DNA of 64,000 nucleotides from Octopus vulgaris (taxonomy: Eukaryota): the NCBI GenBank assembly GCA_951406725.2, contig OX597840.1, forward strand, positions 26,412,001 through 26,476,000, given 5' to 3'. Position numbers and translations under genes: made by a program. Shown piece by piece: positions 41,281 through 53,746 of this stretch; position 1 is the first letter of the stretch; each line of letters begins with the position of its first letter. The notes below the pieces were generated by a model. The model searched no databases. It saw nothing but the letters and a program-made list of their open reading frames with translations, and was not told the origin of the DNA.

Positions 41281-41360
41281 TCTGCTGTAGCCCCGGGCTG
41301 ACCAATGCCTTGTGAGTGGATTTGGTAGACGGAAACTGAAAGAAGCCCGTCGTATATATG

Positions 41361-41440
<80 letters not shown>

Positions 41441-41630
41441 TCCCTCTAGCATTGTTTGACAACCAATGCTGGTGTGTTTACGTCCCCGTCACTTAGCGGT
41501 TCGGCAAAAGAGACTGATAGAATAAGTACTGGGCTTACAAAGAATAAGTCCCGGGGTCGATTTGCTCTCGACTAAAAGGCAGTGCTCCAGCATGGCCGCA
41601 GTCAAATGACTGAAACAAGTAAAAGAGTAA
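41277..41630 (+). mobile_element. 5'-truncated family A SINE
   Basis: Starts at GTCTTCTGCTGTAGCC and runs to the normal tail. Confidence 0.85.
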
Positions 41631-41672
<42 letters not shown>

Positions 41673-42031
41673 ATATATGTATACACACACACATATATAC
41701 ATATATATACATGTGTAAGTACATGCCTGTATGTGTGTATATGTTGATATAATGTGCATGTGTGTGTGTGTGTGTGTGTGTCTGCATTTATTCCCATAGA
41801 CTTTCCTTCACTCCATACAACCCAAATTAGAAGGGGGCGGGGTACCAGAAATCTAGGTGACCCCCTTCTTTCTCTTACCCTGTAACTTCAGGTCAACAAG
41901 TACACCTCTTCACACACAGTCACTGAACTTGCCAGAAACAACAACCAAACCGCCCATAAATCACACCTTAGCAACATAAAAAAAAAAAAAGGAAGGACAC
42001 AGGAAAATGTTGTACTAAATTTACTTAGAAA

Positions 42032-42490
42032 GTTGAGATGGTCATGAATGGATTGCCTGAGACCTAGGTCCAGAACTAAACAACAATGGTTGTGGTTACT
42101 CAAACGTGAACCCTTAAGATTTTGTAATATGTCCCTGTTAATATCCCTTTATCAAGCACACGAAAGTTGCGGTGCCCCCGCCAAAGTTGAGATGGTCATG
42201 AATGGATTGTCTGAGACCTAGGTCCAGAACTAAACAACAATGGTTGTAGTTACTCAAACGTGAACCCATAAGATTTTGTAATATGTCCCTGTTAATATCT
42301 CTTTATCAAGCACACGAAAAGCTGTGGTGCCCCCACCAAAGTTGAGATGGTCATGAATGGATTGTCTGAGACCTAGGTCCAGAAATAAACAATCATGGTT
42401 GTGGTTATTCAAAAGTGAACCCTTAAGATTTTGTAATATGTCCCTGTTAATATCCCTTTATCAAGCACAAGAAATGCAGCTGCCCCTCCC
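42032..42490. repeat. Three tandem copies of a ~154 bp unit
   Basis: GTTGAGATGGTCATGAATGGATTG at 42032, 42186 and 42341. Confidence 0.92.
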
Positions 42491-42698
42491 CCCGCCATCT
42501 GGTGCTATTGTGACAGTAAAGTACCAGTCAACTATTGGGGTTCATAGCATTGATTAGTCCCCTTCCCTTTAAAATAGTCTGTCATGGGTCTGATTCAAGG
42601 ATATATTTTCATTTTTAATCCCTCTATGTTATGTAAATCCTTACCCTTTATTTTAGTTTTTGTACCATCACCCTTCTCACTTAGCCCTGCTAGCAAAT

Positions 42699-42700
<2 letters not shown>

Positions 42701-42733
<33 letters not shown>

Positions 42734-43673
42734 GCTTAACGTCTGCTTTCCATGCTAGCATGGGTTGGACGGTTCGACCGGGGATCTGGGAAGCCAGGAG
42801 GCTGCACCAGGCTCCAGTCTTGATCTGGCAGTGTTTCTACTGCTGGCTGCCCTTCCTAACGCCAACCACTCTGAGAGTGTAGTGGGTGCTTTTTACGTGC
42901 CATAAACAAGAATCTCTTTCTCCATGGTTACATCATCATCATCATCGTTTAATGTCCGCTTTCCATGCTAGCATGGGTTGGACGGTTCGACCGGGGTCTG
43001 GGAAGCCAGGAGGCTGCACCAGGCTCCAGTCTTGATCTGGCAGTGTTTCTACAGCTGGATGCCCTTCCTAACGCCAACCACTCTGAGAGTGTAGTGGGTG
43101 CTTTTTACGTGCCATAAACAAGAATCTCTTTCTCCATGGTTACATCATCATCATCATCGTTTAATGTCCGCTTTCCATGCTAGCATGGGTTGGACGGTTT
43201 GACCGGTGTCTGGGAAGCCAGGAGGCTGCACCAGGCTCCAGTCTGATCTGGCAGTGTTTCTACAGCTGGATGCCCTTCGTAACGCCAACCACTCTGAGAG
43301 TGTAGTGGGTGCTTTTTACGTGCCATAAACAAGAATCTCTTTCTCCATGGTTACATCATCATCATCATCGTTTAATGTCCGCTTTCCATGCTAGCATGGG
43401 TTGGACGGTTCGACCGGGGATCTGGGAAGCCAGGAGGCTGCACCAGGCTCCAGTCTGATCTGGCAGTGTTTCTACTGCTGGATGCCCTTCCTAATGCCAA
43501 CCACTCCGTGAGTGTAGTGGGTGCTTTTTACGTGCCACCGGCGCAGGGGCCAGGGGAGGCTGGCAACGGCCACAATCGGTTGGTGCTTTTTACGTGCCAC
43601 CAGCACAGAAGCCAGTCGAGGCAGCGCTGGCATCGGCCACGTTCGGATGGTGCTTTTTATGTGCCACCGGCAC
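42701..43673 (-). mobile_element. Tandem array of four RTE 3' ends (~211 bp period) joined by a unique spacer
   Basis: Spacer CATAAACAAGAATCTCTTTCTCCATGGTTA at 42901, 43113 and 43324. Confidence 0.88.
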
Positions 43674-43859
43674 TATTATTATTATTATTAATATTATTAC
43701 TGAGTGAGAGAGCAGTGTAAGCCATCAAAGTGACACTGGGGTAGAAATATACGAAAATCAATATACCCACCATGACTACCCGTCTGATAAGGGTACACCA
43801 GGCACACGCATCATGACTATATGTGTGTGACATGGTTATCTCATACCAAGATTAACAGC

Positions 43860-44100
43860 GTATTTCATCCGCCACTACATTTAGGGTTCAAATTCCGCCA
43901 AGGTCGATTTTGCCTTTCAGCCTTTTGGAGTTGATAAATTAAGTACCTGACAAAATGCTTAGCAAATTTCTTACGGCCCTTTAGGTTCTGAGTTCAAATC
44001 CTGCAGAGGTCAACTTAGCCTTACATCCTTTCCGGGGTTGATAAAGTAAAGTACCAGTTAAGTACTGGGGTTAGTGTACTCCACTGGTTCAATCCCCACT
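43860..44100 (+). mobile_element. Two degenerate Meta-type SINE fragments
   Basis: GTTCAAATTCCGCC..GGTCGA...GATAAATTAAGTACC present twice. Confidence 0.6.
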
Positions 44101-44104
44101 GATA

Positions 44105-44852
44105 GAAAGGAAGGAAGGAAGGAAGGAAGGAAGAAAAGAAGAAAGGAAGGAAGGAAGGAAGAAAAGAAGGAAGGAAAGAAAGAAGGAAGGAAGGAAAGAA
44201 GGAAGGAAGGAAGGAAGGAAGGAAAGAAGGAAAGAAGGAAGGAAAGAAGGAAGGAAGGAAAAAGGAAGGAAGGAAGGAAGGAAGGAAAGAAAGAAGGAAG
44301 CAAGGAAGGAAGGAAAGAAGGAAGGAAGCAAGGAAGGAAGGAAAGAAAGAAGGAAGGAAGGAAAGAAGGAAGGAAGGAAAAAGGAAGGAAGGAAAGAAAG
44401 GAAGGAAGGAAGGAAAGAAGGAAGGAAGGAAGGAAGGAAAGAAAGAAGGAAGGAAGGAAGGAAAGAAAGAAGGAAGGAAGGAAAGAAGGAAGGAAGGAAA
44501 GAAGGAAGGAAGCAAGGAAGGAAGGAAGGAAAGAAAGAAGGAAGGAAGGAAAGAAGGAAGGAAGGAAAGAAAGAAGGAAGGAAGGAAAGAAAGAAGGAAG
44601 GAAGGAAAGAAAGAAGGAAGGAAGGAAGGAAGGAAGGAAAGAAAGAAGGAAGGAAGGAAAGAAGGAAGGAAGCAAGGAAGGAAGGAAAGAAGGAAGGAAG
44701 GAAGGAAGGAAGGAAGGAAAGAAAGAAGGAAAGAAAGAAGGAAGGAAGAAAGAAGGAAGGAAGGAAAGAAAGAAGGAAAGAAGAAAGGAAGGAAGCAAGG
44801 AAGGAAGAAGGGAAGAAGGAAGCAAGGAAGGAAGGAAGGAAGGAAGGAAGGA
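44105..44852. repeat. ~750 bp (GGAA)n/(GAAA)n polypurine tract
   Basis: Seen directly. Almost purely purine on the plus strand. Confidence 0.95.
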
Positions 44853-44869
44853 ATCCTAGGTTTTCTGTT

Positions 44870-45183
44870 GCTAATGACATCAACTGTTCCAGTTTATCCA
44901 ATCAATGGAACAGCCTGCTTATGCAAGTGGTCGAGTACTCCACAGACACGTGTACCCATAATGCAGTTCTTGGGAAGATTCAACGTGACACAGATTGTGA
45001 CAAGGCTGGGCCCCCTTTGTAATTACAGGTACAGCTCATTTTTGCCAGCTGAGCGGACTTGGAGCTATGAAGCGAAATGAAGGGACTTGCTCAAGGACAC
45101 GACGCGGCGCACACGCAGGGAATCGAACTCACGGCCTTGCGATCGCGAGCGAGACGCCCCGAACCAGTAAGCCAACGTGGCCG
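44870..45183 (-). mobile_element. Family C-like tRNA SINE
   Basis: Minus strand has a tRNA-like head (GAGTTCGATTCCC) then GTGTCCTTGAGCAAG. Confidence 0.65.
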
Positions 45184-45250
45184 TGCCCTCCTCCGGAAAG
45201 CAGAGGAAAGGATGAAGCAGAGAGAAAAAGAGGGAAACGAGGAAATATGT

Positions 45251-46040
45251 ACTTGACTCAATAGGTCTCCTCAAGCACAGCGGGTTGTTCTGAAATCCAA
45301 GGTACTTTGAATGGGTAGGGGCTATGCGGAACTGGTGCAGGAAGCAGCCCGGGTCTTTGCACTCACAGCATATCTCCAGAGATCTCGGTCCTTCGTCATT
45401 GCCTCTGTGAGGCCCAACGCTCAGAGGTCATGCTTGACTACCTCTTCCCATGTCTTCCTGGGTCCACCTCTCCCCCTGATACCTTCAACTGTTTGGGATC
45501 AACATCCAAACGTGGCCGATGCCAGCACCGCCTTGACTGGCTTCTGTGCTGGTGGCACGTAAAAAGCACCAACCGATCGTGGCCGCTGCCAGACTCCCCT
45601 GGCACGTAAAAAGCACCCACTACACTCACGGAGTGGTTGGCGTTAGGAAGGGCATCAAGCTGTAGAAACATTGCCGGGTCAGACTGGAGCCTGATGTGGC
45701 CTCCTGGCTTCCCAGACCCTGGTCAAACCGTCCAACCCATGCTAGCATGGAAAGTGGACGTTAAACGATGACGATGATGATGATGATGTCACCATGGAGA
45801 AAGAAATTCTTGTTTATGGCACGTAAAAAGCACCAACCGATCGTGGCCGCTGCCAGACTCCCCTGGCACATAAAAAGCACCCACTACACTCACGGAGTGG
45901 TTGGCGTTAGGAAGGGCATCCAGCTGTAGAAACTCAGCCAGATCAGACTGGAGCCTGATGTGGCCTCCTGGCTTCCCAGACCCTGGTCAAACTGTCCAAC
46001 CCATGCTAGCATGGAAAGCGGACGTTAAACGATGATGATG
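45251..46040. mobile_element. RTE fragment with 5' inversion plus duplicated 3' end
   Basis: A minus-strand ORF end (45251-45500) is joined to a plus-strand 3' UTR (45505-45788), followed by a second tail (45790-46040). Confidence 0.75.
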
Positions 46041-46473
46041 AGGAGGAGGAGGAAAGAAGGAAAAGAAGAAAAGAACAAACAAATGAAGAAGAATTGGAGA
46101 TGAAGGAAGGTGATGGTGGTGGTGGTGGTGGGGGGGCACCGAAAGAGAATGAAGGAAATATAACAAAGGAGGAATAATGAAAATAGAAAATATATTAGTT
46201 ACATTGTTGATATTGTTGGACAAAACACAGATTAAACAAACAGGTATGTATATACATATGTGTGTGTGTATATGTATACACAGATGAGGTAAATGCACAC
46301 ATGGATGCGTGAACGGATATACAAGCTGTCCATAAATTACTTTTACAATTGAAAGTGTATAAGTGTGGAAGTTGTGAAGATAATTTATGGACATAAGGTA
46401 CAGGTAATGTATGTTTATATGCATGCACACATACACACAAGTAGGTAAATACACACACACACACACACATACG

Positions 46474-46525
<52 letters not shown>

Positions 46526-46566
46526 TATATACACAAATATATATATACACATGTATATATACATAT

Positions 46567-46611
<45 letters not shown>

Positions 46612-47058
46612 AACACACACACACACATATAAATACATATACACAAGCACACACCCGTCATTGATTTACAAATCATATTCACTTGATTTCCTTTCAATCA
46701 GAAAATCTGTTTGATTACAGATCAATAATGCTGTATCAGCAACTTGTATTGTATATATATAATACGCGTGCATGTATAAATATATATATATATATATACA
46801 ATATACATACATATATATACAATATGTATGTTGGTGCGAGGTGGGAGGGTGTATAAATGAACAAACGTATTAAAAAACAATTTCTCGCACAAATCCTGGC
46901 TTTGCTAATTAATACAAACTTACATTATTAAACAACATGTTTTTAACGATACAATGGTCGGACAGGTAGCTTTTGTAATTAGATTGACCCTGGTCCGGCG
47001 ACGTGGGCAAGGGATGCGGAAAGAGATGGACAAAGAGACTGTGTGTATGTGTTTGCAT

Positions 47059-47627
<569 letters not shown>

Positions 47628-47662
47628 TATATGTATATATATACACATGTATGTATATGGGG

Positions 47663-47905
47663 GAGGCGCGTGGCTTAGTGGTTAGGGTATCAGCATCATG
47701 ATCGTAAGATTGGGGTTTCGATTCCTGGACCGGGCGACGCGTTGTGTTCTTGAGCAAAACTCTTCATTTCACGTTGCTCCAGTCCACTCAGCTGGCAAAA
47801 ATGAGTAACGCTGCGATGGACTGGCGTCCCGTCCAGCTGGGGAACATATACGCCATAGAAACCAGGAAACTGGGCCCATGGGCCTGGCTAGGCTTTAAAA
47901 GGGTG
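47663..47905 (+). mobile_element. Family C tRNA SINE
   Basis: TGGCTTAGTGG and TTCGATTCC boxes, plus the CCAGTCCACTCAGCTGGCAAAAATGAGTA domain. Confidence 0.75.
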
Positions 47906-47984
47906 CATTTATTTATTTACATATATGTATATATATATTTATATATGTGTGTATGTATGCATGCATTTGTATGAATATCTATAT

Positions 47985-48203
47985 CAGTGGTTTTCAACCA
48001 GGGTTCCGCGGAACCTTAGGGTTCCGCCAGTACAGTCCAGGGGTTCCGCAAGAAGTTACAGAACTGCTAAAATCGGCAGTAATTTTTAATTCTCCTGTGC
48101 AGATATGTGTGCATAAGACTATTAAATTATTGCACAGGGTTTCCTCGAGCCAGGGGAATGTTACCTTGGGGTTCCGCTCAGGCAAAAAGGTTGAAAAGCA
48201 CTG
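47985..48203. mobile_element. hAT-family MITE (219 bp) with perfect 8-bp TSD
   Basis: TIRs CAGTGGTTTTCAACC / GGTTGAAAAGCACTG. TSD ATCTATAT at 47977-47984 and 48204-48211. Confidence 0.9.
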
Positions 48204-48254
48204 ATCTATATGTATGTTTGTGTGCATATATATCCATACATATATATATATATA

Positions 48255-48463
48255 CAGGGTGGCCCAAAAGTGGGCTTACAGTTATTCAACAATCTCTTTC
48301 GCATTCATATATTAACAGTTTTGATCTTAATTAAGAGAACATATGAAACCATTATTCTATGCTAATTTACTTAATTGCAAGATAGAAATTTAAATGTAAT
48401 AAAATACTTTAAAAGAAATTCAAAGTGCCTACAATAACTGTAAACATACACTGGGCCACCCTG
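48255..48463. mobile_element. Tc1/mariner-type MITE
   Basis: TA-CAGGGTGGCCCA...TTACAGTTATT / AATAACTGTAA...TGGGCCACCCTG-TA. Confidence 0.8.
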
Positions 48464-48724
48464 TATATATGTATATATGTATATATATATATATACATAC
48501 ATATATATATATATCATTAATTAAATATATTCTGTTGGAATATTATACACTGAATTTTTAATGAGTGCCCTTTGTATAAAATGTCAAAAATATTAATATT
48601 ATAAAGTATTTAGACATTTAATACGAGTGATTATATATACTGTATTTTTGAAATAATAACATGAAATTTAATATCAAAAAATATTTTTTGATATTAAATC
48701 TCATGCTATTATTTCAAAATATAG

Positions 48725-48921
<197 letters not shown>

Positions 48922-49262
48922 AAATAATGAGGGTGGAAATTGATATCAATCAATCAACATCAATTGAAACTAGCATATTAAAAAAAACCCAGAAGATTAA
49001 AAACTTATATTACAATTAATAAGAGGAATGACCACTAAAGTGGAATCCCATATGCTAGAAATAGACGTCAAATCACCTTACCACAAAGATCCGCACCAAT
49101 GATCAACTTCTAAATGTTATTTATTTCTCCATTTTCTTATCGTCCTTATATACATTGAACCATGGTTTTACCTTTTAAATTACCCACTACCGTATATTTT
49201 ATAACAAGGACCATACATACTGGGGTAATACCAGGAGTGCCTCTAACATATATCTTACACAA

Positions 49263-49303
<41 letters not shown>

Positions 49304-49306
<3 letters not shown>

Positions 49307-49488
49307 GGTCCCGGGTTGATTCGGGGTTAACCACAGTAAATAAGGTACTCAATACATAGCAGAGTAAAATTAATTTATTATATAGAAGGAGCTTCTACAG
49401 GACTAGAACTGTTTCATTCAAGAGAAATCTTCAGGAAGCTCCTGAAGATTTCTCTTGAATGAAACAGTTCTAGTCCTGTAGAAGCTCC

Positions 49489-49497
<9 letters not shown>
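49304..49497 (-). mobile_element. Penelope-like pseudo-LTR fragment with perfect 58-bp-arm fold-back
   Basis: Arms 49379-49436 and 49440-49497. Contains a hammerhead motif, with AATAAA downstream on the minus strand, and is inserted in (TA)n. Confidence 0.65.
49388..49442 (-). ncRNA. Minimal type I hammerhead ribozyme motif
   Basis: Minus strand: GGAGCTTC-CTGAAGA-T TTC TCTT GAA T-GAAA-CAG TTCTAGTC CTG-TA-GAAGCTCC. Stem I is 8 bp, the core is intact and the predicted cleavage triplet is GUA. Confidence 0.72.
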
Positions 49498-49584
<87 letters not shown>

Positions 49585-49662
49585 ATAAATATTAGGGAAT
49601 AAATCCAAAATTACAGGGAAAAAATCAGATTTAGGATTGAATCCAATTTTATAGTAAAATAT

Positions 49663-49896
49663 TATATAATATTAATTCGAGACAAAACCACTATTTTGCA
49701 AATCAAACAAGGAAAGACTTAATCAATACATAAACAATTTTAATATAAAGTAAATAAATCGCCACTACAATTGTTTCCTGTCTTCAAATGACATGAAACA
49801 ATTGTAGTGGCGGTTTTTTTACTTTCTATTAACATTTTTTATGTATTGATTAAGTCTTTCCTTGTTTGATTTGCAAAATAGTGGTTTTGTCTCGAA

Positions 49897-49909
<13 letters not shown>
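49663..49909. repeat. ~120-bp-arm inverted repeat centred on a hammerhead-like half (GAAAC-AATT-GTA)
   Basis: CGCCACTACAATTGTTTC.TGTC-TTCAAAT-GACA.GAAACAATTGTAGTGGCG at the centre. The arms extend to TATATAATATTAATTCGAGAC / GTCTCGAATTAATATTATATA. Confidence 0.88.
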
Positions 49910-49931
<22 letters not shown>

Positions 49932-50350
49932 GGCGCAGGAGTGGCTTTAGGCACAGGAGTGGCTGTGTGGTAAGTAGTTTGTTTACCAACCACATGGTTC
50001 CGGGTTCAGTCCCACTGCGTGGCACCTTGGGCAAGTGTCTTCTACTATACAGCCTCGGGCCGACCAAAGCCTTGTGAGTGGATTTGGTAGACGGAAACTG
50101 AAAGAAGCCTGTCGTATATATATATATATATGCGTGTGTGTGTTTGTGTATCTGTGTTTGTCCCACTAGCATTGCTTGACAACCGATGCTGGTGTGTTTA
50201 TGTGCCCGTAACTTAGCGGTTCGGCAAAAGACACCGATAGAATAAGTCCTGGGCTTACAAAGAATAAGTCCCGGGGTTGATTTGCTCGACTAAAAGGCGG
50301 TGCTCCAGCATGGCCGCAGTCAAATGACTGAAACAACTAAAAGAGTAAAT
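49932..50350 (+). mobile_element. Family A SINE, full length, short 5' duplication
   Basis: AGGCGCAGGAGTGGCTTT-AGGCACAGGAGTGGCTGTG start. Confidence 0.88.
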
Positions 50351-50355
50351 AAGAG

Positions 50356-50389
<34 letters not shown>

Positions 50390-50848
50390 CATACAAATAT
50401 ACATACATACACACACACATACATATATGTATACATACACACATACATACATAGAGTTGGCAGAAAGAGGGAGAAAAAGAAACAACAGACAGACAGACTG
50501 TCAGACCACTGGTCACTTGGTATGTCCCTACCAACTGTGACAAACAGTAGTAGACTATTTAGTAAGAGCCAGGGGATGAAAAGAAATAGGGCAGGGGTGG
50601 AGGTGCCACACATAAAGCCCCACCCACCCACTTTTCAATGTTTACACTGACTCTAAACTCATAAATGAGAATTGGATTGTGTTGGAATTAAATTTGGTAA
50701 TTAGGGCAATTTAATTAGGGACAACAATAGTGGTGGTGGTGGTGGTGATGGAAGTAGTAGCAGTGGTAGTGGTGGCGGTAATAGTAGAAGTGGTAGTAGT
50801 AGTAGTAGTAGTAGTAGTAATAGTAGTAGTAGTAGTGGTGATGGTAAA

Positions 50849-50881
<33 letters not shown>

Positions 50882-51189
50882 GGTGGTGGTGGTGGTGGTA
50901 GTGATAGTAGTAATAGTAGAAGTGGTGGTGGTGGTGGTGGTGATAGAAGTAATAGTAGTAGTAGTAGTAGTGATGGTGGTGGTGGTGATAGTGGTGGTAG
51001 TCATAGTTGTAGTGGTGGAGGTGGTTGTAGTGGTGGTGGTGGTAGTAGAAGCAGTGATGGTAATAGAGTGGGTGATCTAATTGCTCCAGCATGACCACAG
51101 TTTAATTGACAAACTAGCAGACAAAATATAACGGTTTCTAATTTTTGGAACACACAGACACACCTGTAATTAACCCAAATGGTACTTAC

Positions 51190-51287
51190 ATCATTTGTTG
51201 AATTTCACAGGTGAACCATTGTGATGGTGTGACCTTCGCTCCTGCCGTTGGTGACATTGGTAGGTTGTGGACATCTTTCGAACACAT
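51190..51287 (-). other. Candidate spliced exon (98 bp)
   Basis: Minus strand has a long polypyrimidine tract ending ...CTATATTTTAG|ATGTG, and a donor ...AAATGAT|GTAAGT. The content is non-repetitive and one frame is open (MCSKDVHNLPMSPTAGAKVTPSQWFTCEIQQM). Confidence 0.55.
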
Positions 51288-51610
51288 CTAAAATATAGAC
51301 GAGGGGGGGAAGTGAGGTGAAAAAAATACAGGTAAAAGAAAAAAAAAAAAAAAGCAGGTGGGAAATATTTAAATTACTTTTAAGCAGATATTAATTAAAT
51401 TCATTTCAAATCTTATAAATAACCAATTTGAAACAAAAGATAAACAGGCTAGTGTCTTCTACTATAGCCTTGGGCCCGATCAAAGCCAGGCGTAGGAGTG
51501 GCTGTGTGGTAAGTAGCTTGTTTACCAACCACATGGTTCCGGGTTCAGTCCCACTGCGTGGCACCTTGGGCAAGTGTCTTCTACTATATCCTTGGGCCGA
51601 CCAAAACTCT

Positions 51611-51757
<147 letters not shown>

Positions 51758-51836
51758 GTACATATATATATATATATTTCGTTTTGGGATTTAGTTTGCA
51801 AGATTCTTTATATGAGTTCGTGTGTTGAAGCATATT

Positions 51837-52028
51837 CTGTTGTGCCTTGGGAGAGTCATTTTCTTTTAGTGCCTTATTAAAATTTCCACTTTTTTCTCTT
51901 ATTCTTTTAATTTTCTTTTTATTTTATTTATTTTTTTTTTTAAATTAGAGAAAAAAGTGGAAATTTTACCGGTGAGTGTGTTATATTATAAGGCACAAAA
52001 AGAAAATGACTCTCCCCAGACACAACAG
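51837..52028. repeat. Imperfect inverted repeat within a (TA)n-flanked element
   Basis: CTGTTGTGCC..GGGAGAGTCATTTTCTTTT..TGCCTTAT vs ATAAGGCAC.AAAAGAAAATGACTCTCCC..GACACAACAG, and AAAATTTCCACTTTTTTCTCT vs AGAGAAAAAAGTGGAAATTTT. Confidence 0.8.
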
Positions 52029-52212
52029 TATATATATATATATATATATACTGTTGCGCATTGTGTAAATCAGTGTATTGGCTTTAGAATAACCTTCTTT
52101 AGCCCTTAATTATAAGATGTTGGTGCAGCCTTCGGGCTCCCCAGACCCCAGTTGAACTGTCCAACCCATGCTAGCATGGAAAGCGGATGTTAAATGATGA
52201 TGATGATGATGA

Positions 52213-52258
<46 letters not shown>

Positions 52259-52450
52259 AAGGTTTGCGAAAATAAACAAAAGACGAAGGCAGGTGGAGTA
52301 CAAACAAACAATTGTATTAGTATGGCGCTCAGGAATAGAAATAGAACAAGTCTTTTACGTTTCAAGCCTACGCTCTTAGACAGAAAGTTACACAGAAAAG
52401 AAACAAGGAGAGAAAAAATGCATGTAGGAGCTAACAGTCCATCATGGCAT

Positions 52451-52488
<38 letters not shown>

Positions 52489-52490
<2 letters not shown>

Positions 52491-52712
52491 AGGCAGTGCT
52501 GAAAAGTTTTGAGCTTCAAGGATATTATGAAAGGCCTGGTTAGAGGCTCAACCTTCCAAATTCTTTTACAGGGTTATGAAAAACTGAAGGGCCACTGCAA
52601 TAAGTGAGTGAATCTGAGAGGGGAATATATTGACTATAAAATCATAATTTACTGATTCTGTTGTATTTTCTTTTACCTATAGCCAGGAACTTTTTCAACC
52701 CCAGCCCTCATG
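52489..52712 (+). mobile_element. Non-autonomous mariner derivative
   Basis: Degenerate TIRs (GCTGAAAAGTT..GAGCT / AGCCAGGAACTTTTTCA) and a C-terminal remnant FFY...EKLKGHCNK.VNLRGEYID. Confidence 0.6.
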
Positions 52713-52774
52713 TGTGTGAGTGTCTGTGTGTCTGTGTGCGTGTGTCAGTGTGTGCGTGTGTGTGTGTGTGTGCA

Positions 52775-52940
52775 AGGAGTGGCTGTGTGGTAAGTAGCTT
52801 GCTAACCAACCACATGGTTCCGGGTTCAGTCCCACTGTGTGGCATCTTGGGCAAGTGTCTTCTGCTATAGCCTCGGGCCGACCAATGCCTTGTGAGTGGA
52901 TTTGGTAGACGGAAACTGAAAGAAGCCTGTCGTATATATG

Positions 52941-52976
<36 letters not shown>

Positions 52977-53185
52977 ATTGTATGTCTGTATTTGTCCCCT
53001 AGCATTGCTTGACAACCGATGCTGGTGTGTTTACGTCCCCGTTACTTAGCGGTTCGGCAAAAGAGACCGATAGAATAAGTACTGGGCTTACAAAGAATAA
53101 GTCCCGGGGTCGATTTGCTCGACTAAAGGCGGTGCTCCAGCATGGCCGCAGTCAAATGACTGAAACAAGTAAAAGAGTAAAGAGT
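52775..53185 (+). mobile_element. Family A SINE
   Basis: Near full-length copy. Confidence 0.88.
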
Positions 53186-53257
53186 ATATAGAGAGTGAGA
53201 CAGAGGAAGAGAGAGAGAGAGTGAGACACAGACAGACACAGACAGAGGCCAAGAAAA

Positions 53258-53440
53258 GCCAGGTCTGACCTAGAAAAGAGCAAGGCCTGTTACTAGCACT
53301 AAATATAACCCAGAATGAAATGACATAACCTTGATTAACGAGGTGGTTGGCTGGGTCACTGGTGATGGTCGTGGGGGTAGTGGGGAGAGATGCGTGTGTG
53401 TGTGTGTGTGACAAGAGAAGTTAAACCCACTGTGTTAACA
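53258..53440 (+). repeat. Local duplication copy 1 (copy 2 at 55904-56093)
   Basis: CCAGGTCTGACCTAGAAAAGA...GTGGGGAGAGATGCGTG is colinear in both. Confidence 0.88.
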
Positions 53441-53501
53441 GCTGTTGTGTGTGTGAGTGTGTCTATATAAATAGACATCATATATATAAGATACATATAT
53501 A

Positions 53502-53595
<94 letters not shown>

Positions 53596-53646
53596 CATAC
53601 ATATATATATACATACATATATATATATATACATACATATATATAT

Positions 53647-53746
<100 letters not shown>

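Noticed and set aside
44058-44901. 255-270 aa ORFs (KEGR / LPSF repeats)
   Set aside because: They are translations of a (GGAA)n tract.
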